Shown here in pieces: positions 47,665-56,942 of a DNA stretch of 64,000 nt. The notes beneath the pieces were generated by a model that searched no databases, was not told the DNA's origin, and saw only the letters and a list, made by a program, of their open reading frames with translations. Numbering within the stretch: the stretch's first letter is position 1; each line of letters opens with the position of its first letter. Position numbers and translations under genes: made by a program. Origin of the DNA: Candidatus Heimdallarchaeota archaeon (lineage in GTDB: Archaea; Asgardarchaeota; Heimdallarchaeia; Hodarchaeales; Hodarchaeaceae); NCBI GenBank assembly GCA_011364965.1, contig RDOB01000002.1, positions 192,001 through 256,000 on the forward strand, given 5' to 3'.

Positions 47665-49710
47665 ATGTCTATGACTAATTCTAAGAGTATTCAAGCAGAA
47701 GATTTCGTTAAGCTTTATTTTCCTAATTCTCCTGCACTCTCACCTGATGGAGGAAAATTAATTTTCTCCATAAAATCAGTGAATGAGAAAAAAAATACTT
47801 ATAGAGGCGCCCTTTATATAAAAACGAGTGCTTCAGAAGATTATATGCAATTCACTTCAGGAACTCATCTTGATACAGCTCCGCAGTTTTCTCCATCTGG
47901 GGAGTACCTTGCTTTTCTTTCTTCTCGGTCAGAAATGGGTATGCAACTCTATATCATGCCTGTGAATGGTGGAGAGGCATTTCAAATCACAAAATTTCCC
48001 AAAGGAATTCAGGGATTTAACTGGAGCCCAACTAATAACTCTATTCATGTTCTTGCACGTGTAAATGAGGAAGAACTTGAAAAAATTCAAAATCCTGAAA
48101 AAGATATTTCTCCCTCATTTGTTACAGACCCTGTGGAATTTACGGTATTCGAATCTCGTATGAAGCAAAGAGAAGAAATGAAAATCGATCCTAGAGTTAT
48201 TAAAGATGCATATTGTCGTGAACTAACTTCCTATTTGGACGGGCGTTATTCGCAGCCTTTTATCGTCCAACTACAAGGTTTTAATGCTGGAAAAAAAGGT
48301 GAAAAACCCAAAATAATTCATGCTGGTGAATTTGGATTTCATTACACCTTAGGTACTTTTAACGATAATGGAGAATATTTGTATGTATTTCGATATAAAG
48401 CCGATCCAAGTATATCTTTAACTCAGGAATTATTCAAAGTTAACCTAAAAGAACCAATGGAAATGAATTATCTACTTGATGCATATGGATGGATTCATGA
48501 TGTACATATCTCACCTGATGGTAGGTATTTATCTTTTGAGGGAATTCGGGAAGAAAAAATTGTATATGACGACACTCAGATTTTTCTCGTGGATTTAGAC
48601 GAATCAAATAAAGCAATGTGTTTAACAGAAAATTATCCAAGGTCTTCCGTATCATCTCGTTGGTTTGATGAGAAAACGTTGTTTTTTTTAAGCCCTGTTA
48701 ATGGTAAAATAAATATTTATAAAATTGATATTGAAACACATGTTGTTACTTTAGTCGTAGAAGGTGAGCGTAATATCAATTCATTTTCTGTCGGGGGGAA
48801 GAAAATTGCTTTTTCAGCTTCGCATGTAACATATCCCAGTGACATCTTTTGGTCTAATGTGGATGGATCTGAGGAAGAACGAATTACAAATGCTAATAAA
48901 GAATATTTGGAAAACCATAGTCTTTATAAATCTCATGAATTTAATTTTGAACATGATGGAGTTCAATTTCAAGGTTGGATATTAACTCCAGATAATCATG
49001 ACGGTATTACTAAACTCCCGGTCGCTTTAGAGATTCATGGTGGGCCTGCTGCAATGTGGACTCCTCATGAGTTAACAATGTGGCATGAATGGAATTGCCT
49101 CGTTTCTAAGGGTTATGCAGTAGTTTTTTGTAATCCTAGAGGATCCGATGGATATGGTTTTGAGTTTAGAGGTAGTGTACAAGCGAATTGGGGAAATTTA
49201 CCTGCTAACGATATCTTAATGGGTTTAAACATTGCTTTGAAAGATTATCAATTCCTTAATCCAAATCGTTTGGTTGTTACAGGTGGTAGTTATGGTGGGT
49301 ATATGACCGCTTGGTTGGTAACCCAAACAAATCGATTTAAAGCAGCAGTTAGTCAAAGAGGAGTTTATGAGTTCTTTGCATTTGGCATGACAACGGATAT
49401 AGCAATTTGGTTTGAGCTACAATATAAAGGGGAATTACTCGATCATTATCAAAGGATATGGAATGATCAACCCATGGCTCATATTCGTAATATTGAAACC
49501 CCTCTTCTTATAATTCATTCTGAAAACGACTTTCGTGTACCGATTGTGACAGCTGAACAATTTTTCTGGCTTGGAAAGCGTTATGGAAAAACAATTGAAC
49601 TAATTAGATATCCAAGGGATGGTCATGAGTTATCTAGGAGTGGTGAGCCAAGGCATATTATTGATCGGATAAATAAGATCATTAATTGGTTTGAAAAATA
49701 CAATAAATAA
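47665..49710 (+). CDS. S9 family peptidase (acylaminoacyl/dipeptidyl peptidase) with beta-propeller
   Basis: SPDG/FSPSG propeller repeats, IHGGP, NPRGSDGYG, GGSYGG, HSENDFRV, GHELSR. Confidence 0.95.
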   Translation: MSMTNSKSIQAEDFVKLYFPNSPALSPDGGKLIFSIKSVNEKKNTYRGALYIKTSASEDYMQFTSGTHLDTAPQFSPSGEYLAFLSSRSEMGMQLYIMPVNGGEAFQITKFPKGIQGFNWSPTNNSIHVLARVNEEELEKIQNPEKDISPSFVTDPVEFTVFESRMKQREEMKIDPRVIKDAYCRELTSYLDGRYSQPFIVQLQGFNAGKKGEKPKIIHAGEFGFHYTLGTFNDNGEYLYVFRYKADPSISLTQELFKVNLKEPMEMNYLLDAYGWIHDVHISPDGRYLSFEGIREEKIVYDDTQIFLVDLDESNKAMCLTENYPRSSVSSRWFDEKTLFFLSPVNGKINIYKIDIETHVVTLVVEGERNINSFSVGGKKIAFSASHVTYPSDIFWSNVDGSEEERITNANKEYLENHSLYKSHEFNFEHDGVQFQGWILTPDNHDGITKLPVALEIHGGPAAMWTPHELTMWHEWNCLVSKGYAVVFCNPRGSDGYGFEFRGSVQANWGNLPANDILMGLNIALKDYQFLNPNRLVVTGGSYGGYMTAWLVTQTNRFKAAVSQRGVYEFFAFGMTTDIAIWFELQYKGELLDHYQRIWNDQPMAHIRNIETPLLIIHSENDFRVPIVTAEQFFWLGKRYGKTIELIRYPRDGHELSRSGEPRHIIDRINKIINWFEKYNK

Positions 49711-49740
49711 CAAATTTATTATAACAGAAGGATTAAACTA

Positions 49741-51357
49741 ATGAGTGTTAATTTTTGGCGTAGACCTCAATCTGGGAGGTCATCTGTACATGCATTGAAT
49801 GGTATAGTTGCCTCTTCTCAACCGTTAGCAAGCACCGCAGGTATTCATATGTTACAATCTGGAGGTAGTGCTTGTGATGCTGCCATCGCAATGGCCGCGA
49901 TTCTAAATGTAGTTGAACCATTTTCAACTGGTGTTGGAGGGGATGCTTTTGCGTTGATATATGAGCCAGATAATAAAATTCCTCGAGCAATCAACGGATC
50001 TGGTTGGGCTCCTTCCAATCTGACGTATTCTTATCTTTCTGAAGAGCTAGGACTTGATCAGATTCCATTAACAGGTGTACTTCCGATCACGATTCCAGGA
50101 GCAGTAAGTGCATGGTGGAAGATTCACGAAAAATATGGAAAATTATCGTGGAAAGAGCTTTTTAAGCCTGCTATTCATTATGCTCAAAATGGATATCCAG
50201 TTAGCCCATTGATAGCTCAGGTTTGGGAAGAACTAGTACCTAAGTTATTAATGCACGAAGGAGCCAAAAAAAATTATTTAATAGGAGAAGAACGAGCACC
50301 AAATGTAGGAGAAATATTTAAACAACCAGCATTGGCAAAAACATTCATAACAATTTCTAATGATGGAGTGGATGCATTTTATAAAGGTGAAATCGCTGAA
50401 CGTATAATTAACTTCATGAAAGAGCAAAATGGCTTCTTTAGCTCTTCAGATCTATCCCAGTTCGAGGCTGAATGGACTAATCCTATTTCATTAGAATGTT
50501 ATGATCATATTCTTTGGGAACATGGTCCTAATGGACAAGGTATTGTAACTCAACTCATACTAGGGATTGTAGAAGAACTAGATATCGGAAGGTATTCTCA
50601 TAATTCTGTTGACTACTTTCATATATTAGTTGAAGCTAAAAAAATGGCGTTTTCAGACGCTTATGCTCATCTCTCCGATCCCAAAACCATGAAAAAATCC
50701 ATTTCTGATTTACTATCAGAGGAATATTTCCAAACTCGTGCCAGTCAAATTAATCCATTGCGAGCAGCTAAAGACATTCCATTCCCTCTGGAATTAGGTC
50801 AAGATACTGTTTATCTTACCGCAGCAGATAATGATGGATATGCAATATCGTTTATTAATTCCTTATTTTATGGATTTGGGTCAGGGGTGGTAGATCCAGA
50901 AACAGGCATTAGTTTTCAGAATCGTGGCGCAGGATTTACCTTGGAAAAGGGTCATCCTAACCAATATTCTCCAAGAAAACGTCCTTTTCATACAATTATC
51001 CCAGGAATGATAACATCTACCAATGGAGATCTTCTTTATTCCTTTGGAGTAATGGGAGGTCATCATCAACCTCAAGGGCAAGCTCAGGTCTTCTTAAATG
51101 CAATTTTATTTGATTTCGATCCCCAAGCAGCGTTATCCAGCCCAAGATTCCATCATGAACAATCTAATAATACTTTAGCTATTGAGGATCCCATAGAAAT
51201 TGGGATTAGAGCAAAATTAAGAAAAAGAGGCCATTCAATTGTCGATTGTGTTGGTACAAATTTTGGTGGAGGTCAAATGATTAAATATGATCCAGATAAT
51301 TATAGCTTCTGTGCCGGTTCTGATCCAAGAAAAGATGGATCAGCACAAGGTTATTAA
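49741..51357 (+). CDS. ggt: Gamma-glutamyltransferase
   Basis: GGSACDAAIA, TGVGGD, nucleophile Thr in QDTVY, KRPFHTIIP, GVMGG, SDPRKDG. Confidence 0.95.
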   Translation: MSVNFWRRPQSGRSSVHALNGIVASSQPLASTAGIHMLQSGGSACDAAIAMAAILNVVEPFSTGVGGDAFALIYEPDNKIPRAINGSGWAPSNLTYSYLSEELGLDQIPLTGVLPITIPGAVSAWWKIHEKYGKLSWKELFKPAIHYAQNGYPVSPLIAQVWEELVPKLLMHEGAKKNYLIGEERAPNVGEIFKQPALAKTFITISNDGVDAFYKGEIAERIINFMKEQNGFFSSSDLSQFEAEWTNPISLECYDHILWEHGPNGQGIVTQLILGIVEELDIGRYSHNSVDYFHILVEAKKMAFSDAYAHLSDPKTMKKSISDLLSEEYFQTRASQINPLRAAKDIPFPLELGQDTVYLTAADNDGYAISFINSLFYGFGSGVVDPETGISFQNRGAGFTLEKGHPNQYSPRKRPFHTIIPGMITSTNGDLLYSFGVMGGHHQPQGQAQVFLNAILFDFDPQAALSSPRFHHEQSNNTLAIEDPIEIGIRAKLRKRGHSIVDCVGTNFGGGQMIKYDPDNYSFCAGSDPRKDGSAQGY

Positions 51358-51521
51358 AAACAGGATTGGAAAAATCATTTCGTTTTTCTATGTCCTTGGG
51401 TTTATTTTCAAGTCATTTAAAGCCTTCCAACGATCTTGCTGAGACACGACTGAAGTTTTTTAAGTACATGAATTATCTAACCTATAAAAATTCAAATTTC
51501 TAGAATTTTGGTAGAAAATCA

Positions 51522-52733
51522 ATGAAAAACAAATTTAATATAAGTAAGCTTTTGGAGGATTCAAAATCATCTATATACTCATGGGCAACTAACGATTTAA
51601 CCTGTCTTTTGGCAATGGAGGTTATGTCCATTGGTTATACTAAAATGAAGCTTTTTTATGATGATTTGGGAGAGGATCCAGAAGACTTAATAGTAATTTT
51701 CGGTCCTGATGGCAGTACTACCAGAAATAAAACACGTTTTGACGAAGGTGTTGGTTATGGTTGCGTTATCGCTACTAAAAAATATATTTTTCCTTCTCTT
51801 TTACATCCTAATGCTTGTGGATTTGGATTATATCGTATTGATGAGCTTCCCAACCGTGAAAGTCTTATAAAGAAATTAAATCATATGAAAATGCATGGAG
51901 TGCCCATAGGTGACAAAAGAGGTAAATGGGATGTTTGGAAGTCAAATCATTTCATCGATTTACTCCAACTTGACCATTTATATTACGATACTTATCAGAA
52001 AATTCTTTTACCTGGAAAATATGTTTTAATTCATTCTTCTCAGCAAACTGAGAAAAATAAATTAAGTTACTGGGAACCAAATGATTTTATAACAATTGAG
52101 ACACCTTTAGGAAAAGCTGCAGGTTTAGAGGGCAAATCTGTATCTGAATATCTTGAATATTTTAAATCAGTGGAACAATATAGCAAAGCAAAGCGCACAT
52201 CTATTGCAAATGAGCTTTTTGGTGAGGAAAATGTTTATTGCGTTTCTAATCCTACTCATCAGGGGTATTTTGTTGAAGGTGAATATTATGTTATGCGATT
52301 AGGCCTTTATAATACTCAAAGTAAATCTGGATCATCTAATCTCTCACTATTTCCATTAGGATTTAATGGATACTCCTCGATTTATTTATATGAGGGATTA
52401 GAAAATATTAAAGATCAATTTTGGAACCAAAAAGAGATCGATAAAGCTAAAGAACTAAATCACTTGAATTTCATTCGTAGAGCTAATATCATGCCCCATG
52501 GCGGAGGATATAAACTTTTTTATCCACATAAGAAAGTTAGATCAGTTTATTATGAAAATCAGATTTTTTTTGAGTTGTTTGATTCAGATGTTCAAAGTAA
52601 ATTATTAATTCAAGATATTGAGGCACTTGAGTATGGTTATAGAGTTCCCGAAGACATTATTCCACTTGTTGATAAATATGAACTTGGAAGACAAATCGCA
52701 ACTTTTTCACCAGAATATGTTATCAAGTTTTAA
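51522..52733 (+). CDS. Divergent RtcB-family (RNA ligase-like) protein
   Basis: GPD, NACG, SNHF, LIHSS, THQ, PHGGG and terminal VIKF occur in RtcB motif order. Confidence 0.75.
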   Translation: MKNKFNISKLLEDSKSSIYSWATNDLTCLLAMEVMSIGYTKMKLFYDDLGEDPEDLIVIFGPDGSTTRNKTRFDEGVGYGCVIATKKYIFPSLLHPNACGFGLYRIDELPNRESLIKKLNHMKMHGVPIGDKRGKWDVWKSNHFIDLLQLDHLYYDTYQKILLPGKYVLIHSSQQTEKNKLSYWEPNDFITIETPLGKAAGLEGKSVSEYLEYFKSVEQYSKAKRTSIANELFGEENVYCVSNPTHQGYFVEGEYYVMRLGLYNTQSKSGSSNLSLFPLGFNGYSSIYLYEGLENIKDQFWNQKEIDKAKELNHLNFIRRANIMPHGGGYKLFYPHKKVRSVYYENQIFFELFDSDVQSKLLIQDIEALEYGYRVPEDIIPLVDKYELGRQIATFSPEYVIKF

Positions 52734-52787
52734 ATAATGAAATTACGAACTTCATAGCATCTAATTTCGAAACTGTGTTGATTTTTA

Positions 52788-53699
52788 ATGACACATGATC
52801 CCAAGCATGAAAATCCTCATAATATCGATGAACCAAGAGAGGATCTCTCTTTTCCTGGGAGAAAGTCATTACTGGAAAATCTCCGCAGTAGATTTGCTGT
52901 AAATGCCGATGTATGGATTCACCACGCATATAATGTCCCTTATGAAGATCCAATCAGTATAGATGACTTTAATAACATTCAATATCAAGATAATGTCATC
53001 ATACCAGCAATTCTACAAACTCTGATAGATAAAGTAGGAGGGAAGCGATCTACAAGTCTTTCAGCAGTCACTGGGATGAAAAAACCAGATATTTTATTTT
53101 TACAAGATCCTGCAACAATGAATACCGCAATAATTTCAAAAGAAAGGGTTTGGATTACTGAAATCTTACTTTCTGAAGCAACTTTTCTTTTTCCTATTCC
53201 ATCTAAACGAACCCATGCCATGAGTGATGTGGACAGAACTGAGGTCGAAGTTTTTCAAGAAGATATTTCCATTCAAATTAATGGTCATCGAACCAAACGT
53301 GGAATTGAGTTAGATCGAATCCTTACTCCAATAGATTCTTATTACAGACCAATTCGGGGTGGTAAGGATCCAATTTCTAAATTCAAATCTTCTCTATCCC
53401 AATTGAGCGATAGTGGAGAATTAGTAATGATGATATCCGATGCTATATCTTCTTCAGCAAAAATGTACTTAGGTACAGTCAATGTTCGATTAAACGAAGA
53501 TAGGGTTGCATTGGAATATCCTTCGGAAATTAATATGGCTGCTATAATAGTTTATAATCGCTATCTCGATGTTATGGAAATAAAATCTCCATCGCAACCT
53601 CCCCCAGTGGCTGAATCCCAACCATTAATCTTTCAAGTTTATAGGACTGAGATATCAAGGTCTCTTCAAAGCTTATTCAAATTATTGCATATTAAGTAG
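52788..53699 (+). CDS. Hypothetical protein
   Basis: 303-aa ORF 54 nt downstream of the RtcB-like gene; no motif recognised. Confidence 0.7.
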   Translation: MTHDPKHENPHNIDEPREDLSFPGRKSLLENLRSRFAVNADVWIHHAYNVPYEDPISIDDFNNIQYQDNVIIPAILQTLIDKVGGKRSTSLSAVTGMKKPDILFLQDPATMNTAIISKERVWITEILLSEATFLFPIPSKRTHAMSDVDRTEVEVFQEDISIQINGHRTKRGIELDRILTPIDSYYRPIRGGKDPISKFKSSLSQLSDSGELVMMISDAISSSAKMYLGTVNVRLNEDRVALEYPSEINMAAIIVYNRYLDVMEIKSPSQPPPVAESQPLIFQVYRTEISRSLQSLFKLLHIK

Positions 53700-53707
53700 T
53701 ATACTCT

Positions 53708-54217
53708 CTAAATTGAACTTGTTTCTTCCTTTTCTTTCTGGTGTTCATTAATTAGTAATTTTGCTTCTTCTATCCAAAGACGGTGTAATTGAAGTGAAAT
53801 TAACTCTTCTTGTTTTTTCAACAAATTTGGTTTTCGCACATCATATTCTTTCCTACTAATTATACCCAAAACAAAATCTCTCTCTAGTTGTTCAATCTCT
53901 GCTTCAATGATTCCATTCATGGATTGAAAGAATGTGAATATAGAATTTTTTACATTATCGATTAGCTCAATTCCAGGAATAGATATGAAGTAGACGTAAT
54001 GGGGAGAAGGGAATGGTTCGACTCTTCTTTCGCATAAATAATTTGTAACGAGCTGTTTGAGGTGTTTCTCAATTGCGGGTCTAGAAATAGAAAGTTGATC
54101 TGCTAGATCTTGAGGATTTGTTGGTTCATCTGATAATAGTTCGAGAATTTTTCTACGAGTCGGATCTGCAATCAATTTGAGCATATTTCCAATCCGTCTC
54201 TCTAATTCCTTAGACAT
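53708..54217 (-). CDS. ArsR-family HTH regulator with C-terminal SHOCT-like segment
   Basis: LIADPTRRKILELL, ISRPAIEKHLKQL; LERDFVLGIISRKEYD. Confidence 0.85.
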   Translation of the reverse strand: MSKELERRIGNMLKLIADPTRRKILELLSDEPTNPQDLADQLSISRPAIEKHLKQLVTNYLCERRVEPFPSPHYVYFISIPGIELIDNVKNSIFTFFQSMNGIIEAEIEQLERDFVLGIISRKEYDVRKPNLLKKQEELISLQLHRLWIEEAKLLINEHQKEKEETSSI

Positions 54218-54373
54218 TGATGATTCCCATTAAATATCATTCAGATTTTTATAGTAGATTTTCTAATATTATGTCATTTAATGATCTTTAATTCGAGTTA
54301 AATCCAAATCCTTTTACCTTATTAGTTTTAATCACTGTTTTTACTTATCTTCATAAATGAATTTTAGGGTAAA

Positions 54374-54389
54374 TAAACCCATGGGTTTA
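54374..54389. promoter_or_regulatory. Perfect 16-bp palindrome, candidate operator in a divergent promoter region
   Basis: TAAACCCATGGGTTTA between the ArsR gene and the bactofilin-like gene. Confidence 0.45.
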
Positions 54390-54510
54390 ACTCTTTAACT
54401 GAGTAGCTGAGACAAATAACTCAATTTTTTAGAATATTATTTAACTAGCTCTTATGATAATAGAGTCAGAAGAAGTTTTAACAGATATGACTCATTAAAA
54501 TCCGTATGAG

Positions 54511-55356
54511 ATGATAGATATGTCTAATAAAGAAGTAGAAGATTTGAAAACCTTAATTAAATCATTAGATATTCGATTGGCTAATAATGAAATCTCCGAG
54601 GCTGAATATAATGAAATGAAAGAGAAATATGAATCAAAATTAAAACAGGAAATTGAATTGCTAAAACAAAATGGCTTTTTAACAGATTTATCCTATGTCT
54701 CTGTATCTGGTTCAGCTAAAATTACTCAGTCATATATCTCTGTATCTGGATCAGGACGAATAGAAGGTTGGAGGGGCGGTACAATCAAAATCTCTGGATC
54801 AGGTAAAATATCAGATGATGAGATCAAGGTTAGTGGTTCTGCATCATTACCAGGAGATTTAACCACTCAATCATTAATCTCTTCAGGATCAGTTGTAGCA
54901 GCAGGTTCGATTAATTGTTCCAAATTTATAAGTTCAGGTTCCTGTAAAGTTGAAGGACATGTTTCAGCGGAAGAAAAGGTAGCAATATCTGGTTCTGGTA
55001 ACATAGATGGAAATCTAACGAGCTCAAATATTAATATCAGCGGATCCTACAAAAGCGATGGATCTATATTTTGCAAGGAAATAGAAATTAATGGTAGCTA
55101 TCACATTGGTAAAAATATAGAATGTGAAGAATTATTTACCTCGGAATTAAACTCAAAATCTACAATTGAAGGTGATTTGATTTCTGGGGGTGATGTTCAT
55201 ATTGAACAGAACAATCGTGGCGGAAAACTAAAAGTAACTACTATTCAGGCCAAAGGGAGTGTGTATCTCGAAGGAGTTACTGCGAAATTAGTCAGTGGAA
55301 AATCAGTTCAATTAGGTCCAGAATGTAATATTGAAAATGTGGAAGAAAATATCTAA
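54511..55356 (+). CDS. Bactofilin-like (polymer-forming cytoskeletal) beta-helix protein with N-terminal SHOCT-like segment
   Basis: Repeated (I/V)SGSG units; C-terminal VYLEGVTAKLVSGKSVQLGPECNIENVE as in the Bacillus YhbE/YhbF type; N-terminal LANNEISEAEYNEMK. Confidence 0.8.
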   Translation: MIDMSNKEVEDLKTLIKSLDIRLANNEISEAEYNEMKEKYESKLKQEIELLKQNGFLTDLSYVSVSGSAKITQSYISVSGSGRIEGWRGGTIKISGSGKISDDEIKVSGSASLPGDLTTQSLISSGSVVAAGSINCSKFISSGSCKVEGHVSAEEKVAISGSGNIDGNLTSSNINISGSYKSDGSIFCKEIEINGSYHIGKNIECEELFTSELNSKSTIEGDLISGGDVHIEQNNRGGKLKVTTIQAKGSVYLEGVTAKLVSGKSVQLGPECNIENVEENI

Positions 55357-55379
55357 ATCCCTATGTTTAATCTGGTAGA

Positions 55380-56207
55380 TTGGGATTTAGTGTGTCAAGA
55401 ACTCCTAATTTACCATCTTTTTTAACAGATGAATCAGTTCATGTCATTATCTGGTGTTATACTGGAGGAGGACATTTTTTTAAAGAAAATTACCAGGTTA
55501 TTAAAGACTTGATATCAAATAGCGTCCCTTTATGCGTCATATTTTCTCAAGCAGGAGCGATGGTAGCTAATCGATATGGATTTTTCTGGGATTTAAAATC
55601 AAATCCTTTGAACTATAAATCAACTATTTTTCTATTTTCGGGATTAGACGTAATGAAATATAATGTACAAAGAATTCTTGAAGAAGCCAAACTTCCCTAT
55701 TCCGTAATAGAACCTGATCCTGCGTTTTCAATGGCTATATCTTTAGCTAATAGAAGGAATACTACTATAATAATTAGTCCAATGACTAGTAATACTGTGG
55801 CCAAAGTTGTTAACGGTATTTGCGATACTTTTATTACTAATTTAATATGTGGGCGTTTAAAGTCAGGTAAACGTATAATAGGAGTTCCTACCGATGGATT
55901 GGAGCAAATTATTCTTACCAATCTCCCTGTTCGTATGATTCAGTTGGACAAGTCACAGGTTATAAATATTGACATATGTAAGTATGGAGCTTTAAAACAG
56001 GAACCCAGAACCAAAGTGAGTTTCGATCCAAAATATTGCGTTGGCTGTAAAGAATGCGAACAGATGTACCCAGAAAGTTTTGTGTCTGGTGAAAAATTGT
56101 CTTTAAAAATTAGAAAAATTGATATTAGTAATTTAAAAAGGTTATCGAGAGAAATGAAGATTTTAAAGTCTCCTCTCGAAGTAAAAAATACACTCGAAGG
56201 AACTTAA
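55380..56207 (+). CDS. Archaeal flavoprotein with ferredoxin-like insert (DmrX/AfpA-like)
   Basis: WCYTGGGH, SPMTSNTVAKVVNGICDTFITN, VPTD, CKYGA...CVGCKEC. Confidence 0.75.
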   Translation: MGFSVSRTPNLPSFLTDESVHVIIWCYTGGGHFFKENYQVIKDLISNSVPLCVIFSQAGAMVANRYGFFWDLKSNPLNYKSTIFLFSGLDVMKYNVQRILEEAKLPYSVIEPDPAFSMAISLANRRNTTIIISPMTSNTVAKVVNGICDTFITNLICGRLKSGKRIIGVPTDGLEQIILTNLPVRMIQLDKSQVINIDICKYGALKQEPRTKVSFDPKYCVGCKECEQMYPESFVSGEKLSLKIRKIDISNLKRLSREMKILKSPLEVKNTLEGT

Positions 56208-56225
56208 TTATTTAATTTACCCCAA

Positions 56226-56801
56226 TCACCTGTTTTTTAATTTTTTATATTCTATAATATAATCTTTGATACTACGTCCTAGTGTTTGAAATGCTTCAGT
56301 AACATTGAGACCAGATTTGGCTGAAGTATTTAAAAATTTGATCTTAAACTGAATATCACTTACCTCATTTTCTGATTTTTGTACAAATCTTTCTACTTCT
56401 GTGGAATCTATTGCATTCTCAAGGTCACTTTTATTGCCTAGAATGATATAAGGAATCTCTCTTCCAACATTAAGAAATAATTCATGTTTCCAATTTTCGA
56501 GATTGTACAATGATTCCGGCCTAGTCCTATCAAAGACTAAGATAGCCCCATGAGAACCCTTATAATAAAGTGCTCTTACTGCTGAAAACCTTTGTTGTCC
56601 TGCAAGATCCCAGATTTGGAATTTATATTGAATTCCATCTATATCTAAATTCTGTACAGCAAAATCTGCCCCTATTGTCAAAATATACCCAGATTGGAAT
56701 CCTTTCCCTAAAAATCGTTCCCTTAGACTGGTTTTTCCGACACCGCCGTCTCCTAATAAACATATTTTGTACAAAGGCACGCGAGATCCCTCTAGGTTCA
56801 A
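56226..56801 (-). CDS. Rab-like small GTPase
   Basis: GDGGVGKT, TIGADF, QIWDLAGQ, YYKGS, NKSD, TSAK; no C-terminal Cys. Confidence 0.95.
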   Translation of the reverse strand: MNLEGSRVPLYKICLLGDGGVGKTSLRERFLGKGFQSGYILTIGADFAVQNLDIDGIQYKFQIWDLAGQQRFSAVRALYYKGSHGAILVFDRTRPESLYNLENWKHELFLNVGREIPYIILGNKSDLENAIDSTEVERFVQKSENEVSDIQFKIKFLNTSAKSGLNVTEAFQTLGRSIKDYIIEYKKLKNR

Positions 56802-56942
56802 GTTAGAGTGAGTAATAGTGCAAGGATTAAATAATAATGCATTTTAAAAATAATCCCCCTACATATATAATGGTTACTCGATAAAATATGAAAATCACTA
56901 CTCTATTTTAAGAAATAATACGAAAATTCATCCTTTTTTCAA

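Noticed and set aside
54690-55100. Recurrent TCTGGTTC/TCAGG-like nucleotide repeats
   Set aside because: They encode the SGSG beta-helix repeats of the bactofilin-like protein and are not a CRISPR array or DNA-level repeat
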